From positions 5,146,001 through 5,210,000 of the forward strand of contig NC_092673.1 of NCBI RefSeq assembly GCF_964355755.1: a DNA stretch of 64,000 bases, written 5' to 3'. A model generated the notes under the pieces. That model saw only the letters and a list, made by a program, of their open reading frames with translations. It searched no databases and was not told the origin of the DNA. Below are positions 21,201 through 34,899 of this stretch, in pieces; the stretch's first letter is position 1, and every line of letters starts with the position of its first letter. Origin of the DNA: Antedon mediterranea. Its lineage: Eukaryota > Animalia > Echinodermata. A program made the translations under genes and the position numbers.

Positions 21201-24200
21201 TACAGTACGAGATAAGGAACGAATAATCCTAGCCTACTGGGAATTCAAACTAAACACGCCGTAAATTCTGCTAGCCGAGGTCGTTGACAGGAGCCACTCA
21301 CCCTGATGGGAAAAGACGTTAAAGAGGGCCAGGTTAATTTTAAGATTAAACCAACACAACAATGATGAGAAATCAAAGCTTATACAGTACTGTACTGTAT
21401 CAAAACTTGTACCGTATAGAAAGAAGTACGAACGTGCGGCTAATAAATTAATCATACGGGTGTGTCTGAGCCCCTATTAAGGGGCCACTTTCCTGTGGAT
21501 TGAATGAGTGGAATTTTTTATTAGTAACCAAATTTTATTCGGGGGACGCCCCTATAAAGGGGAAACTTTGTTTGTGTTGCGAAGGTGTCCCCTTAATAAT
21601 AGGGGTTTTATATGAATAAATATTTGATACACAAGATTTGTAAACCCTAAAAAGTATCAAAAATTAAAACATTAACTCCAAAAATCACGATTTATTTTTA
21701 TTTAAATGAGGCCTATATTTAAAATGAAAAAGGGGGAACCAAAAATTAACTCGAAATTAAAGTTTAACATGCGTTGTGTTTATTATATGATATCTACAGG
21801 CCTAAAAAGTATACAAAATAAAAACATTTTGAACTTGAAAATCACGATTAATTTTTATTTAAATGAGGCCTTATTTAAAATATTCATAGAAAGCCATTAA
21901 TGTAACATTTATGTTCAAAACACTTTCCCAGGCTTTCGTAGAATTCTACTTCCTCTGTTTATCTCGACATCTTTTGTCGAAATAACTACAAACTTGCAAT
22001 GAATAGGTCATTAGCATTTCATTCATTGTTGTTTATAGTTTTAAACACTCTTTTATTATTAATTGATAATTTCGTTCGCTTGGGATGCACCACCCTTTAT
22101 GTTTTGTTGTTTGTTAACTAATAAACTTTAAAGTGAGAAAATAAATTAATTCAATTTTAATTATTCCAGTTTCAAACTGGCATTGACTATTTTATAATTT
22201 AATGCCAGTATTTTTTTTTTTTTTTTTTTAATTATAATTAATCTTTGTTTCTAAATTGTATATCTTGTTTCAGTGAGCTTATCATATAGTTTGTGTATGC
22301 ATAAATATGTATTGTCCCTCTAAAAAAAAAGTTCTTAAAAACATTTTTTGAATATGCCATTTTAATGTCACATAATATTAATAGTTATCCACCAAATTAG
22401 ATCGAGAAATGTATTTACCTGAAAATTGGCTGCCAGCCAAATGATGGTTGAATTTAACTATTTATTTGGACATTTTATAATAAGTAAAAACATTGGGGTT
22501 TTTTTTTCTACGGAAATACTACAAAATCATCATATTTCATGTTTTTGGAGGACAATATATTTAAAGCACTTAATTTAAGCAATTAATCGACTTTTTTTTC
22601 TTTTTTTGGATACGATATCTTAGTTTAAAATGTTGTTTTTAGATGGTATCAAAGAATATATTAGTCTTTGATATAATAATCACCTGTAAACCTTTTCCAC
22701 ACTATCAAACTTTATGTGACAAGAAAATGTGATGTGCCCATGGACATGTCATCACTGTACCATGTTTGGGCATAGCACTACCATATTTGGGTACATCATC
22801 ACACTTTTTTTTATCAAACTAGTTTGATTTGAGCTTTACTGTATGAATGTATTCTAGTCTACTTAGTCAGTTAAAAAGAATTTAAAAATATAGGCCGGCT
22901 TTAAAAAAATGATTTATTTTATTGAATAAATATTCATTTATGAATAAAATAGGTACGTCAAAGAATCTTGCGAAAGTAAGACAATTTAAAGTTGCCGTGA
23001 TTTGAAAATGGACCTATAAATTAGATAGGATTATAATGAAAGGTTCATAAATAGATCAGAGTCTTTACAAATGTGTCACAATGGTTGAAAGGAACTGTAA
23101 ATTGTAACACAGACCAGGAGTGATCGATTACACCAGATTCCATTCAACTTTGATAGCGTAATTACTTATTTTTAATCATCGGGCAATTTTGTTTAATTCC
23201 TCATTTGTTACGATTTTTAAAAATGACTGTAGCCCCATCATTATATCAGGAACCATGGAGAACCATTTAGGAACTAGTCACACTGTAATTGGATTAAGAA
23301 AACGATATTGTTGGTTGTCGACGACTGCTGGATTTTAACAATTCGTGGCTGGTGGTTTAAAGGTCCATAGTTAACTATGAAGGAAAAAAATAATAATTGG
23401 CCGTCTCAAAACAGGAGGAATGGTTATACAGTATTATAATAAAAAGCGAACTCAATCCTTTTCTGTACGTAGCGCTTTGCTACGACACGATCAGTGGAGG
23501 CTGGTGTACAAGAAAGGGCATAATAAAAGTTTTACGTAATGGCGAAATTAAACACTGCAAACACACGTCACGTGCGACCCATTACCAATTTAACAGACCC
23601 TGGGAATAAATTACACAAAAGGCTGTGCTGGTAATGGACTGACATTCCAATAGTTAGTCTCGTACGGCTATTTTCTACTTGTTTAGTCGGGGAGAAATGT
23701 TATACTTTTTTTTTACACGTGAAATGGCAAACAAATTAACACGTGGTAATTTTCCATTGGAAGCAATAACAACGAACCGGTCTTTTATAAATTCATTTAA
23801 TTCATTAACATCCATAAATTGGAATTAAAAAATTGGGATGTACCCCTCCATTACCAGCGTATGAATACTATTTAGCGGTTACCAACCTTTCTTGTTTTCT
23901 TTGGTCGGTCCAACCACTGACTTTATATCTAGGTTCTTATCGTATCCCATACGTACAGTATTTCAAAAAGTTGCCTCCGACGCCGTGTCGGGTCACGGAG
24001 AAGTAGGCTACTGGCTTGCACACAACAGGCCCTCATTCATCAAATCTAAAAAGGCTATGGAATGCGAGGATATTGAATAGAAGTGAAGGGTAAATGAATT
24101 GTCTTTATTTTATTAATCAGTAGGTCTTTCGTTTCTACTTCTATGGTATGCTATATAAATAAACAATAACTATGTAGGCCTCGTAACTCGTACTATAAGT

Positions 24201-25029
24201 AAAAGTAAGTCGTGTATATAGGTCCTAAATACTTTTATATGTTTGTGTCAAGCCACATCAATTAAAATCTCAACTCTATCACACCATGGATAAATGAATA
24301 GATGATCACACAAACGAAATATAGAAGAAAGAAAAAACTACCCATTAAAATGAAAATACGCGCGCGTACTGAAAAGGATTAGCCTACATGATCACGTACT
24401 TTACTTATTTTCACGGCAGCTGGGCTGTTAGGAAAATATGCAAATTAACGTAAAAACAGGTTTTTTTCTTTGTATTCGCATGTTTTAGGTCTAGACGTAT
24501 TAATTCTAAATTCTGCTACAGTACTAATTACTAAATGTTATTTACTAACCAAACATCTAAACATTATTTTTCAAAATACAGTACTCTAATAAAGAAATAA
24601 AATTCGTTAAATCAAATGGCTGCCATGATGCAAAAGCTATGTTTTGAGAATAACAACAAATACATGGGACTACATGAGTATTACAATGGAAATATTAACT
24701 GTTTATTTAACCAGTCAGAACACTTTAAATTAGAACTTTTCTGTTACACATGGACCTAAAATAATAAGCCCTTGGTTACATCATGAAAGGTACCTCCCTA
24801 TGCCATGCTTTTGTTTTTCTTGACCTGTTTTTATTGGAATATTTTTTGGCCAAATAAATATGTATGTACAGTAATAGTACACAAAAGAACATTTTCACTG
24901 TACAGTAGTGTTTAAATATATTGAGAAATTGAATTACAGTAGTAATATTATAGTTATACTATTACTGTACTGTTATATTTATTTATTTAAATAACATGGG
25001 CGAATTTATGTACGCAGATAATGTTCGCG

Positions 25030-25232
25030 CGATGGAACCACGTGTGGTGAGATTTTTGGATGCTCCACCCACAATATCTAAAAATAACTATTTTGACCAA
25101 TCAGTGCATTCGATGGCTTGAGGTGAATTGGTAATCTGAATATAGCACCGGTTTTAAAAATCAGAGTTCATTCAATTTTATTTACTCAAGCGCGGTCTTT
25201 CTAGTCTCAATAATCTGTATTAACTGTAAAGT
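25030..25232 (+). promoter_or_regulatory. Putative nanos proximal promoter
   Basis: E-box CACGTG at 25039-25044 and CCAAT at 25097-25101, upstream of the ATG. Motif-level evidence only. Confidence 0.35.
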
Positions 25233-26394
25233 ATGTTGTCTTCATCTGCACCCATGAATTCGTATCTTAGGCAAGACAATTCGGCCTTAAGTGGTAGTGT
25301 TCAACCGTTTCAGCCCATGACCGATTATTTGGGCTTAAGTTCACTAGTGGGGAGAGTTGGTGGTGGAGAGTGTGGTGGAACTCACAGTGAGTGTGGTGTA
25401 ACGAGAAGGCGTTCGCTATCCTCCAGTAGCAATGGTTTGGTGAGCTGCTTCTCCTCCGACGACGATATGGAGCGCCTTCGATTCGACTTCAAGAAAAACG
25501 GAATTGACAGTGAATTGGACCCTGCTGAGGATTTTAACTCATGCTCCGGCTTTCAGGTAAGAAATTGTTTGTTTATAGTTTATAAATTTTAAATAATTAT
25601 TTCTTATTTTCAGAATATTCACCTATAAAGTAGTATATGACTTGAGTTATTAGATTTAAACAAATAATAAATAAATATGCATATGTTTTAGGTTATTTTA
25701 TTGGATCTCCATATTATTATGCCCAATCTTCAATTTCTAAAATTCTTTGGCAAAATTATTTACAATACATTGATGAAGTAGCGTTGCCCGAAAGCTCTGT
25801 TAATTTTTCTGGCTGTTTTACGTTTTGACTCGCTTTTTGCTTATTTTATTTTATACGTTCATTGTCATATCCAGCCATACTCGCAGCATTGTCATTTTTT
25901 TTTCAGTAATTTGCCTTTAGATTGATAAAAACTAGAAATGAATTGTGCACAATCCGTGCATGTGAAATTGACTAGTGCCCAGCAGACTGAATGAAAATAC
26001 AAATAGTTTAAAAACTTGCAACGAGTCTACATTACATAGGTAAAACATTAAATTAATTGCATTTTCTTTTCAGCCATTTAATCCTCTGTCTTTTTTGGAT
26101 AAGAATTTTAAATCAACTGGTGGTGCTGGAACCAAAAAGGTCGGACGCAGACGAATAAGTCCAGATTGGTGCGTTTTCTGCAAGAATAACGGAGAAGTAG
26201 AGACCGTGTACATGAGCCACGTTCTGAAAAATGGCGATGGGAAAGTCAGATGCCCTATTCTTCGCAAGTACACATGCCCTATTTGTGGTATGAACGGCGA
26301 CCATGCCCATACCATAAAATACTGTCCTCGTAACCGGGAGGACAGGCCAAATATTCAAAGCACGAGGACGTCGACCGGCTTGAGGCCGCAATAG
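25233..26394 (+). CDS. nanos: Nanos (CCHC)2 zinc-finger RNA-binding protein, 214 aa, 2 coding exons
   Basis: Exons 25233-25556 and 26074-26394 (phase 0, GT-AG). Nanos zinc finger [54 protein letters not shown], plus an N-terminal NOT1-interacting-like motif [14 protein letters not shown]. Confidence 0.97.
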
Positions 26395-27483
26395 ACATTT
26401 TAGTCGATTTTAAGAAAATATTATATAGTATACTATAAATTGATGTACATTTTTTTAATTATTATAAGGTCCCTTTAATTAATCTAATCAAAAAGATACT
26501 GCCATATTGGACACTTTCATTTTTGTTTTAATGTGATGTAGAAATATTCTTTATTTTCTTTAAAGAATGTTTTGTTTTTTATATGGAAGTTTTTCCAGCA
26601 TTTTACCAAATAAAAATCTGTTTCATAGGATTTTAGTAGATTGCGCGGGTTGTAAATATAATTATAATAACTTACAAATTTCAAGTAAATATTTAAAAAT
26701 AGAAGTAAAAAAATGAATTAATTAATTTTAAATTTAGAAACTTGGCACTTTTTTAGAAATGGATTCGTGTGCTTTTTAACAATTTCAAGCAAAATTGAGC
26801 AACAAATCAAAAAGGTTTTTTGAAATATGTATGTACAGTATTGTAAATTTTCAGTTTTGTTGATAAACAAATTGACAAGCAACATATCTGTTAGTATTTT
26901 TTTCTTTTCATTGAGTTTTGTTGTGGAAATAGTGTAATGAGATGTTTGAACCTGGCCAGCCATCACCCAGACCAACTACTATTACTACTAAACAGTACTA
27001 CAGTACTTACTAAATGTCCCTACGTTTTGTGCCAGTATCTGGTATATTAATATATACTGGATACTGTACTACTACTTAATTACAGTATTTTGACTATTTC
27101 TACTGCAGTGATAAATTTAAACGCCTTTTTTTTTATATTAATATTTTTGTTATAGTGCGTTTCGGAAGTAAGTTATAACAATTTTATAAAATTTGCGCGC
27201 GCATGGAAACGGGGCGTCGTGCGCAATGCACAGATCATCATCAAAGCATGCTGAAACTCCAGAGACAGAATTTATCAAAAAGGAAGTTCAGCAGAGTGTG
27301 AACGGTGTAACGTCTAATGTTTGCTGATTAGAGAGGGCGCACCTCCATAATTCGCCAATACCGTAGAATAAAATAATACAGGCGCGGCATTTCACTGATT
27401 TTTAAATAAGCAATTTTTCTCAAAAAATTTCATCTGGTTTCAATGGATATTAAATAAATAAATGAATAAATAACTAAAAGTTA

Positions 27484-27600
27484 TCCATTTGGATAAGAAA
27501 ACCAAACAGAGACCAGGGAGGACATGAACTGAGCCACATCTACGATGACTTAATAAAAAGGGACACCCTAGCATCCAAAGGGGTACACCAGCAGAACGCC
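27484..27600 (+). mobile_element. Penelope-like element fragment (GIY-YIG C-terminal end)
   Basis: Translates as SIWIRKPNRDQGGHELSHIYDDLI, typical of Penelope/Poseidon ORF ends. 27541-27597 also matches the reverse complement of ~11893-11950. Confidence 0.6.
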
Positions 27601-30294
27601 CTATCACATGTAAGACATCTGTTGCAGGGAAAACCGCGGATTGCTATTATATTCTTTGATTTGACCAACAAACCATAATGTAAAATAGAGGAAAATTATC
27701 AGACTGCTAAAGTAAACTAGAATACTATAACTTCAAGAGTCGGCAGTTCCATGATCGTACATAATCATCATACAATAATGATCATACAAAAATAAATAAA
27801 TAAATACAATATTATATACGAAATTAAAGACACAACCAAAACAAAAATGAATTAAAGATAAAAATGACGAAGGAAAGAGTCAATAGATGAGGAGGAGATT
27901 CAGTAACAGCTATTCGATGTAATAATGAGTAAGGTAATTGAAACCGAAATAAAAACCTGTTTGATGACTACTACCAGAAGTAAGATACTGCCCTCTATAA
28001 AATGTTGGTTTTCTCAATGATCTTATTTCCAAGATCTTTGGTCTTCTCGTGGGAATTTCCGATATAGAGGGCAAACTTCTAAAGTCTTATCCAGTAGTAA
28101 TATGACAGATTATAATTGTGTCTAAATAAAATGAAAGTTTACACCATGTATTATAGTTCTGAAAAGAACTGTTGAGTTTCTCGACGTTCCTATCAATATA
28201 CTTTGATCGTCCATATAGATCGAAACGTCCATCGAGAAACTCAACTACTGTATATACGTGGTGTACCGCAAACTATATCAATACTGTATTTAATTTCGCC
28301 ATGCAAATCTTCAAACTATAAAAAAAAAAAGTAACGAATTAAGTTCGAGGTTGTATCGTTACAAATCAATTAAGTAATTAACAATTAAAGTGTATATAAC
28401 ATATCGTTATGATAGCAAATAAAGATTACATCAAATCATAACGAACACATCTGAATCATAATACGGGAGTAGAATTTGTTGTACAGGTTAGACTATATAT
28501 AGCTATAATTATCCTCTCCATTTTTGTTTTTGGTGTGCCTTTTAATAAATTAATGCACTGGAAAAATCCATACTTTTTAGTGGCGAAATAAAATAACGAT
28601 TAAAATGTTTTTAGAGTATTAATTAATGATAGAAAATATAGTCTGTGTAACTTGAATTGTATTGAAAGTGAAATACACTGTTTTATGGAGATTTCAACTT
28701 ATGATATCTGATCTCATTCAACCATATTAGCCGGCTCAATATTTAAAAATCCATTTTTTTTATGTGTGGCAACCACTGTTTTTCAGTTTTGCTAATCAAA
28801 TTCTCTCCTTACGTCAGTCCTTGTTTTTAACAACTAATTTTTAATAGGCCTCTATATATTCATAAACACATCAGGCTCATACTATAAGTGGCGTGCGTAG
28901 AAATTAAAAATACAGGTAATCTTTGTGATAAAACGACTAATCTTAATAAATTAGAATGGATAATTAAAGATGTGACTTATCCACTAAATAGTATTGTAAG
29001 TTTTAATAGATCTGGTAGAATTCGGCAATGCAAAGTTAAAACCAACCGTTTTAGAGACTTTTTTTTCCATTATTCTTATCAGCTATATAATGTATATTTT
29101 TCAAGATAGTTAGTTAAGGTGTTACGTTTTTATATTGTGTTTTAAATTGTATTGTATCTATGTTTCTAAGCTCAGGAAAACAAATTTCATCATGTATGTA
29201 ATATTATGTGACAATAATTTGAATCCTGAATCTTGAATCTTAAACGCCCGGTGATATCACTTATAACATTTAATTAATGGATTTTAAAAAGGCACATTTG
29301 AGAAAATCTTTCGAAAATGACAAAAAGTCGCCCCCATATATATTTTTTTTTTCTACACGAAAAGTCCTGTTGAGTCCTATGCTTGTTTGGTTGATATTTA
29401 TTTGGTGTTGTAAGACTGTAAAAACTTGTTATTTCGTTTTTAATTGCTATAATATATTTGTTCACTCATAAGCCAGAATTGGCTGGTCAAGGGTCTTAAA
29501 TTAAAGATGTAGGCCTATTGTCCCCCAGAAAAAAAATGTTTTTTTACATTTTTTGTTATTGAATATTTCATTTTAAATTTCACATAATAATTATTCCCTT
29601 TGATCAAAAATGTAATCGATCGAAAAAAAATGTATTTACCTGAAAACTGTAATTTTCAAGCAGAAAATAGTTACATTGGCTGCCAGCCAAAGGCTTTGAA
29701 CCTGACCATTTATTTTGTTAAAACATATATTTTTTCCATTTTATTTTCTACGGAAGTGATTAACTTGATATAAAACTACAAGATAACCTATTCAAGGTCT
29801 AATTTCTAATCTTCATTTTTTTCATGTTTTTGGATCGTTAATCAATGTATATGCCTATTTACCCTATTAATAAATGAAATATATACATACAGTACGCCTA
29901 GTAGGCCTACCACAGAACATCCTTTGGAGAGCACCCTTATTGATTTATTCATAACAGGGGGAATACCTTTGAGAAGATAAGCTGTGAAAGTTAGTTCACA
30001 TAGGTCTATACTACTTCTAAATAGTATACGCAATCATTATGAAGATTTAAATTAGGTGGGCTTATTGGCTGATAATATTGTTAACTATATTATATAGTTT
30101 CGTTGCCATGATATTCTTAATATATTTTGTATGTTGATGATATGCATACGTGCGTGTGCTATTGACACGTGGTATTTTGGCTAATTTACATTTAACAGGT
30201 GTGTATCGACTGGCAATGCACGTAGGCTAATTAAAATATACAGGCGTATTTTGATTTCAGAAAGAACGGTCCGTTGTTTGCGGGGTGAGTTATC

Positions 30295-32702
30295 TATGGC
30301 GCGCCAAGCTGTCATTTATTCGGAAATAAAGATATCTTAGTTTAAAACTAAGATATCTTAGTTTAAAACTAAGATATCTCTATTAATAGAGATATCTCTA
30401 TTAAAAACTAAGATATCTCTATTAAAAACTAAGATATCTCTATTTAAAACTAAGATATCTTAGTTTTTAATAGAGATATCTCTATTAATAGAGATATCTT
30501 TATTAATAGAGATATCTCTATTAAAAACTAAGATATCTTAGTTTTAAATAGAGATATCTTAGTTTTTAATAGAGATATCTTAGTTTTTAATAGAGATATC
30601 TCTATTAATAGAGATATCTCTATTAATAGAGATATCTCTATTTAAAACTAAGATATCTCTATTAATAAACTAAGATATCTTAGTTTTTAAAAGAGATATC
30701 TCTATTAACAGATATATCTCTATTAATAGAGATATCTCTATTTAAAACTAAGATATCTCTATTTAAAACTAAGATATCTCTATTAATAGAGATATCTCTA
30801 TTAATAGAGATATCTTAGTTTTGTTTCCGGTTCAGTGTTTTATGGGTAATACGATTTTCCATCTGTGACTGAGGTAAGGTCAAGTTCCTATATTGTTAAC
30901 ATCGCAGTCCCAGTTGTAATATAATAGAGGCTATAATGAAATAAAATGGAACAGAGGCAGAAACAGAATGTTTCAGAAAAAATGATGAGGCTTATAATGA
31001 GCACATAAACACTTTCCATAAAGATAAAAACCATTGTATTTGATCACTATTTTATTATGGATGATAGAAGTTTCTATGTACAATTTTGAATAAGTTTTCG
31101 TGAAATAGCTTGGTGGATAATGCCGATCATTTTGAATGATAAGACAAAATTGAAATACCTCTAGTTTTCTAGAAATTTCACTCTTATTTATCTGGTTCGC
31201 GGTCAATGCCTAGAAAATTGAAAATTATTCCAGGTACAGTCAGTGGGGAGGAGTAGAAGATGTAGATGAAGAATTGTTACCTCCATGTTTGTAAAACGAA
31301 AAATAAATTTAAACCTGAACACGTCGATACTCCAGGGAGTTGTAACAACTCCCTGGATACTCATTGCAATGAAACCGACTGTCGTCCTTTTGAGCTGTCT
31401 TATTTTATACAATATACTATTAATCGGAAAGGGAAAACATACTATTTCGGAGAGAGCGCACCACATATTTATTAATTATTTATTTCGTTTTCTTTCAGTA
31501 GGGTAGCCCTCTTAGAAATAATATAAAAACTGCTCTTCCGATCCCGATGGGTCCTACGACATGCACATTTCGTTTTCTTATAGTAGTGTAGCCCTCTCAA
31601 TCAGTAATAATATAACAAAGTTTATGATGTCGATGCGTGTCCCTTTTCACTTCTTTGCTAGTTTTTTAACCTTCAAAGGCTCGGTATAACTATAAGAAGA
31701 GATGACATCCCTTAGATCTGCCTTTTAATGATATGTTAAATGCATGCAACGTTTAGTACTTTTGTACAGTATTACAGCTCGAAACTCCACGAAATTAATA
31801 CAGTACAATATCGGCTCTCAACAATTTAATTATTGTATTTTTCAGTTTTTGTAGCACTGTAGCTTATACCTGTTTGACCTAGAAATCAACAACTATAAAC
31901 ACCTTGGTGGGATGTCCCTAATGGGTCATTAATCTTCCATTCTCAATGACACACTTCCACCACATTCACAACTATACCATTCCCTACATACTTTGCAACA
32001 GGAAACAAAACTAAGATATCTCTATTAATAGAGATATCTCTATTAATAGAGATATCTCTATTAATAGAGATATCTCTATTAATAGAGATATTTTCATTTT
32101 TTCATTTTGTCATAGTAACATTTATTTCCTTCATAATATACAAAATAAATAATATAATACAAAATTCATGACGAGAAGAAAGATAGTTAAAACAATACAA
32201 TTTTTTTTTTCTCATCTTTAACATGAATAAAACAATATTATGAAGGAGGCACAATTTCTAAAAAGCAAAAGCTTGTAGATAAAAAAAAAAATCATCATCA
32301 TCTATCTTAGTTTTTAATAGAGATATCTTAGTTTTTAATAGAGATATCTCTATTAATAGAGATATCTCTATTAACTAAGATATCTCTATTAAAAACTAAG
32401 ATATCTCTATTTAAAACTAAGATATCTTAGTTTTTAATAGAGATATCTCTATTAATAGAGATATCTCTATTAATAGAGATATCTCTATTTAAAACTAAGA
32501 TATCTTAGTTTTAATAGAGATATCTTAGTTTTTAATAGAGATATCTTAGTTTTAAATAGAGATATCTCTGTTAATAGAGATATCTCTATTAATAGAGATA
32601 TCTCTATTTAAAACTAAGGTATCTCTATTTAAAACTAAGATATCTCTATTAAAAACTAAGATATCTCTATTGCTTGAATAAATGACAGCTTGGCGCGCCA
32701 TA
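30295..32702. mobile_element. Non-autonomous IS3EU-like TIR element with palindromic AGATATCT arrays and ~1.2 kb central cargo
   Basis: 27-bp TIR TATGGCGCGCCAAGCTGTCATTTATTC. 6-bp TSD GTTATC (30289-30294, 32703-32708). Empty site in unit B at ~42610. TAY...RTA termini with a 6-bp TSD are IS3EU hallmarks. Confidence 0.8.
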
Positions 32703-34899
32703 GTTATCGAAATCTGTAGGCCTTTGGTATAGTGATTATCATATAATATCTCTTTGGTAGGCCTAGACATTGATTATACTTTGACGGTTATAATTATTGA
32801 TTGCTTATGTTCTTTGAATACAAGTAAGGGCCAATTTTTCTTCGATACAAAATGGGATTCATAATAATTATGAATTGTATATTGATTCATTCTATGACCA
32901 GTGGCGTAACGGCTATGAGCGCTTACTGGCTAAACCCAGGGGCCCTGAGCTTATGGAGGTGGTGGTGGGGGGGGGGGGGGGGGCTGAGCAATGCCAAAAG
33001 GAAAAACAGGCATTAAATAGTCGAAAATTCTAAAACCGAAGCATCCAGCGTTGGAGGGTTCCTAAAACAGGGGCCTCGGGCCTCCGCGTTATGCCATTAA
33101 TGTACTGGTGTTTATGGGGACATGATGATCTGGTAGTCATTGTTTCTCTGTTCATCTTGCTGAAGTTTATCATTATGGTAGTGGTATGACATCTTCATGT
33201 CCATATGCGGACATAAAATTGGGTTTTTTTTGTCACAGAAGTGTGATTTACACCACGATTATCAGCCTCATTAAAAAAAAATGTATGTTTTTTTTAATTT
33301 TTAATTTAATTAATTTAAACTTTGTTAATGATAAAATAAACTGATTTCCGATTAAAGAAGTGCGTATTGTCATCCATCAGCTAGTTGTAGAAAGTCCCCT
33401 TGTACCGCCTTGTACCAAGCTTGTACCAACTCGGAAGACATACACTATTGTTAGGTAACCTTTTCCATCTGTTTATACCGGATTTCGGCGGCCGTACCTA
33501 TTACCGAAAAGTACAATCATCATCATGCAGCTATTGTTCTCAATGAAAGTTTTAAAATAATTGTTGTTAACACTCGGCAAACCACTATTTAGAATGTAGC
33601 CTCAGTAACACACATTTAAAATACAAAGAATAAAAAGGCTAAATAAATAGTAGTAGCCTACACTTTACTTTAGTAGGCCTAAGTCCTATACCAATAGTGT
33701 ATATTGCCATAATATAAACGTATAACACTAATTCATGTATTTTAGCTCCTATTCTGGGGACACCTGTAGTAGGCTATCTTTACTTACAAACAAAAAATCT
33801 GTAAAACGTTACCTATTAGCCATTTAAACATGCTTACTTTTGTTATGCTCAATATTTTTCTCTTTCGTTTTTGACTTATATTATTGTTTATTGTTTTACA
33901 GTTTTTTCTTTTATGTATTTTTGCATATTTGTATTGTAGGGGCCCTCCTGAGACAAGCTATTGCTTCTAGTGCGGGCCCCAGTTGATGTCATAATAACTG
34001 AATAATGATAGGCCTATTTATGAATTATGACGTGTCAGCTGCAACTGGGTTCAGCTGATGGTATAAACTTTAATTCACATATTTATTATTCACATTATTT
34101 CGTAGGCCTTAGTACAGTAGTCGTAATGTTTGACTACGTACCATCAAATTGTAATGGAAATAAGGTTGTTAGGCCGTAGGCCTAATAGTAGATGAAGAAA
34201 GCAAATACAAGCAAACGACGTAAGCCTACTAAAAGAAAAAGATAGAGTGATGTTTCATAGTCGATTATTAGGCCTAATATTTTGCAGGGATGAATTCTGT
34301 ATTTTGTACTTAAATGATTTGTAATTGAAGCAATGATTTGATGCTGCAAGAGTACAATAACGATACCGGTACCTAATAAATCAGAAGGATAGAATAATTT
34401 GTACTCTCCTTTTTTATGGAACCACGACAATAATTCATACCAGTTTAGTTTTTAATAAGCGCAAACGCAACATGCACGTATTCACTGTAGCCTAAAAATA
34501 GTATTTATAGTATTACAGTATACCAAAAACGTGTTGTGTCAGCGCCTAAAACTAATATAAATAATACTGCGTCTAGAAGACTGCTGGGAAACCAGCCGAA
34601 AAATTCGCTGTTAAAATGTATATTATCCTTGAACTTTCCTATTTTTTACCTCCATGGACCATGACATACAGTAACCATTATTGCATTCAATGATCGGTTA
34701 AAACATTCCCCACAATTCCGCTGCTGAAAACGACATTTAGCCAGGGTTTTTTTTAAGAGACCATTTTTTTTCTAAAAATATCGAGTGATTGTTAATAATT
34801 AAACGTAATAATATTTGTATTCGTTTATATGCAGAAAATCCTTAACATTGAGAATCTCATTTTTTATTTTTTTTTTCTGTGACGTTTCAACAAAAACGC

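Noticed and set aside
26070-26391. Antisense ORFs over nanos exon 2
   Set aside because: Shadow frames of the GC-richer coding exon; no independent support.
28170-28246. Inverted repeat GTTGAGTTTCTCGA...TCGAGAAACTCAAC with GAAACGTC, a possible hammerhead or pre-miRNA
   Set aside because: The CUGANGA core is missing and the interior pairs poorly; probably a decayed Penelope inverted pLTR.
30330-30820. Regularly spaced palindromic repeats resembling a CRISPR array
   Set aside because: No unique spacers and no cas genes; eukaryotic context; the array lies inside a TIR/TSD-bounded transposon.
30290-32707. Alternative reading of the palindromic element with CTA..TAG ends and a 4-bp TSD
   Set aside because: Both copies fit equally well as TAT..ATA ends with a 6-bp G....C TSD, which matches a known superfamily. 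Two copies cannot fully exclude the 4-bp reading.
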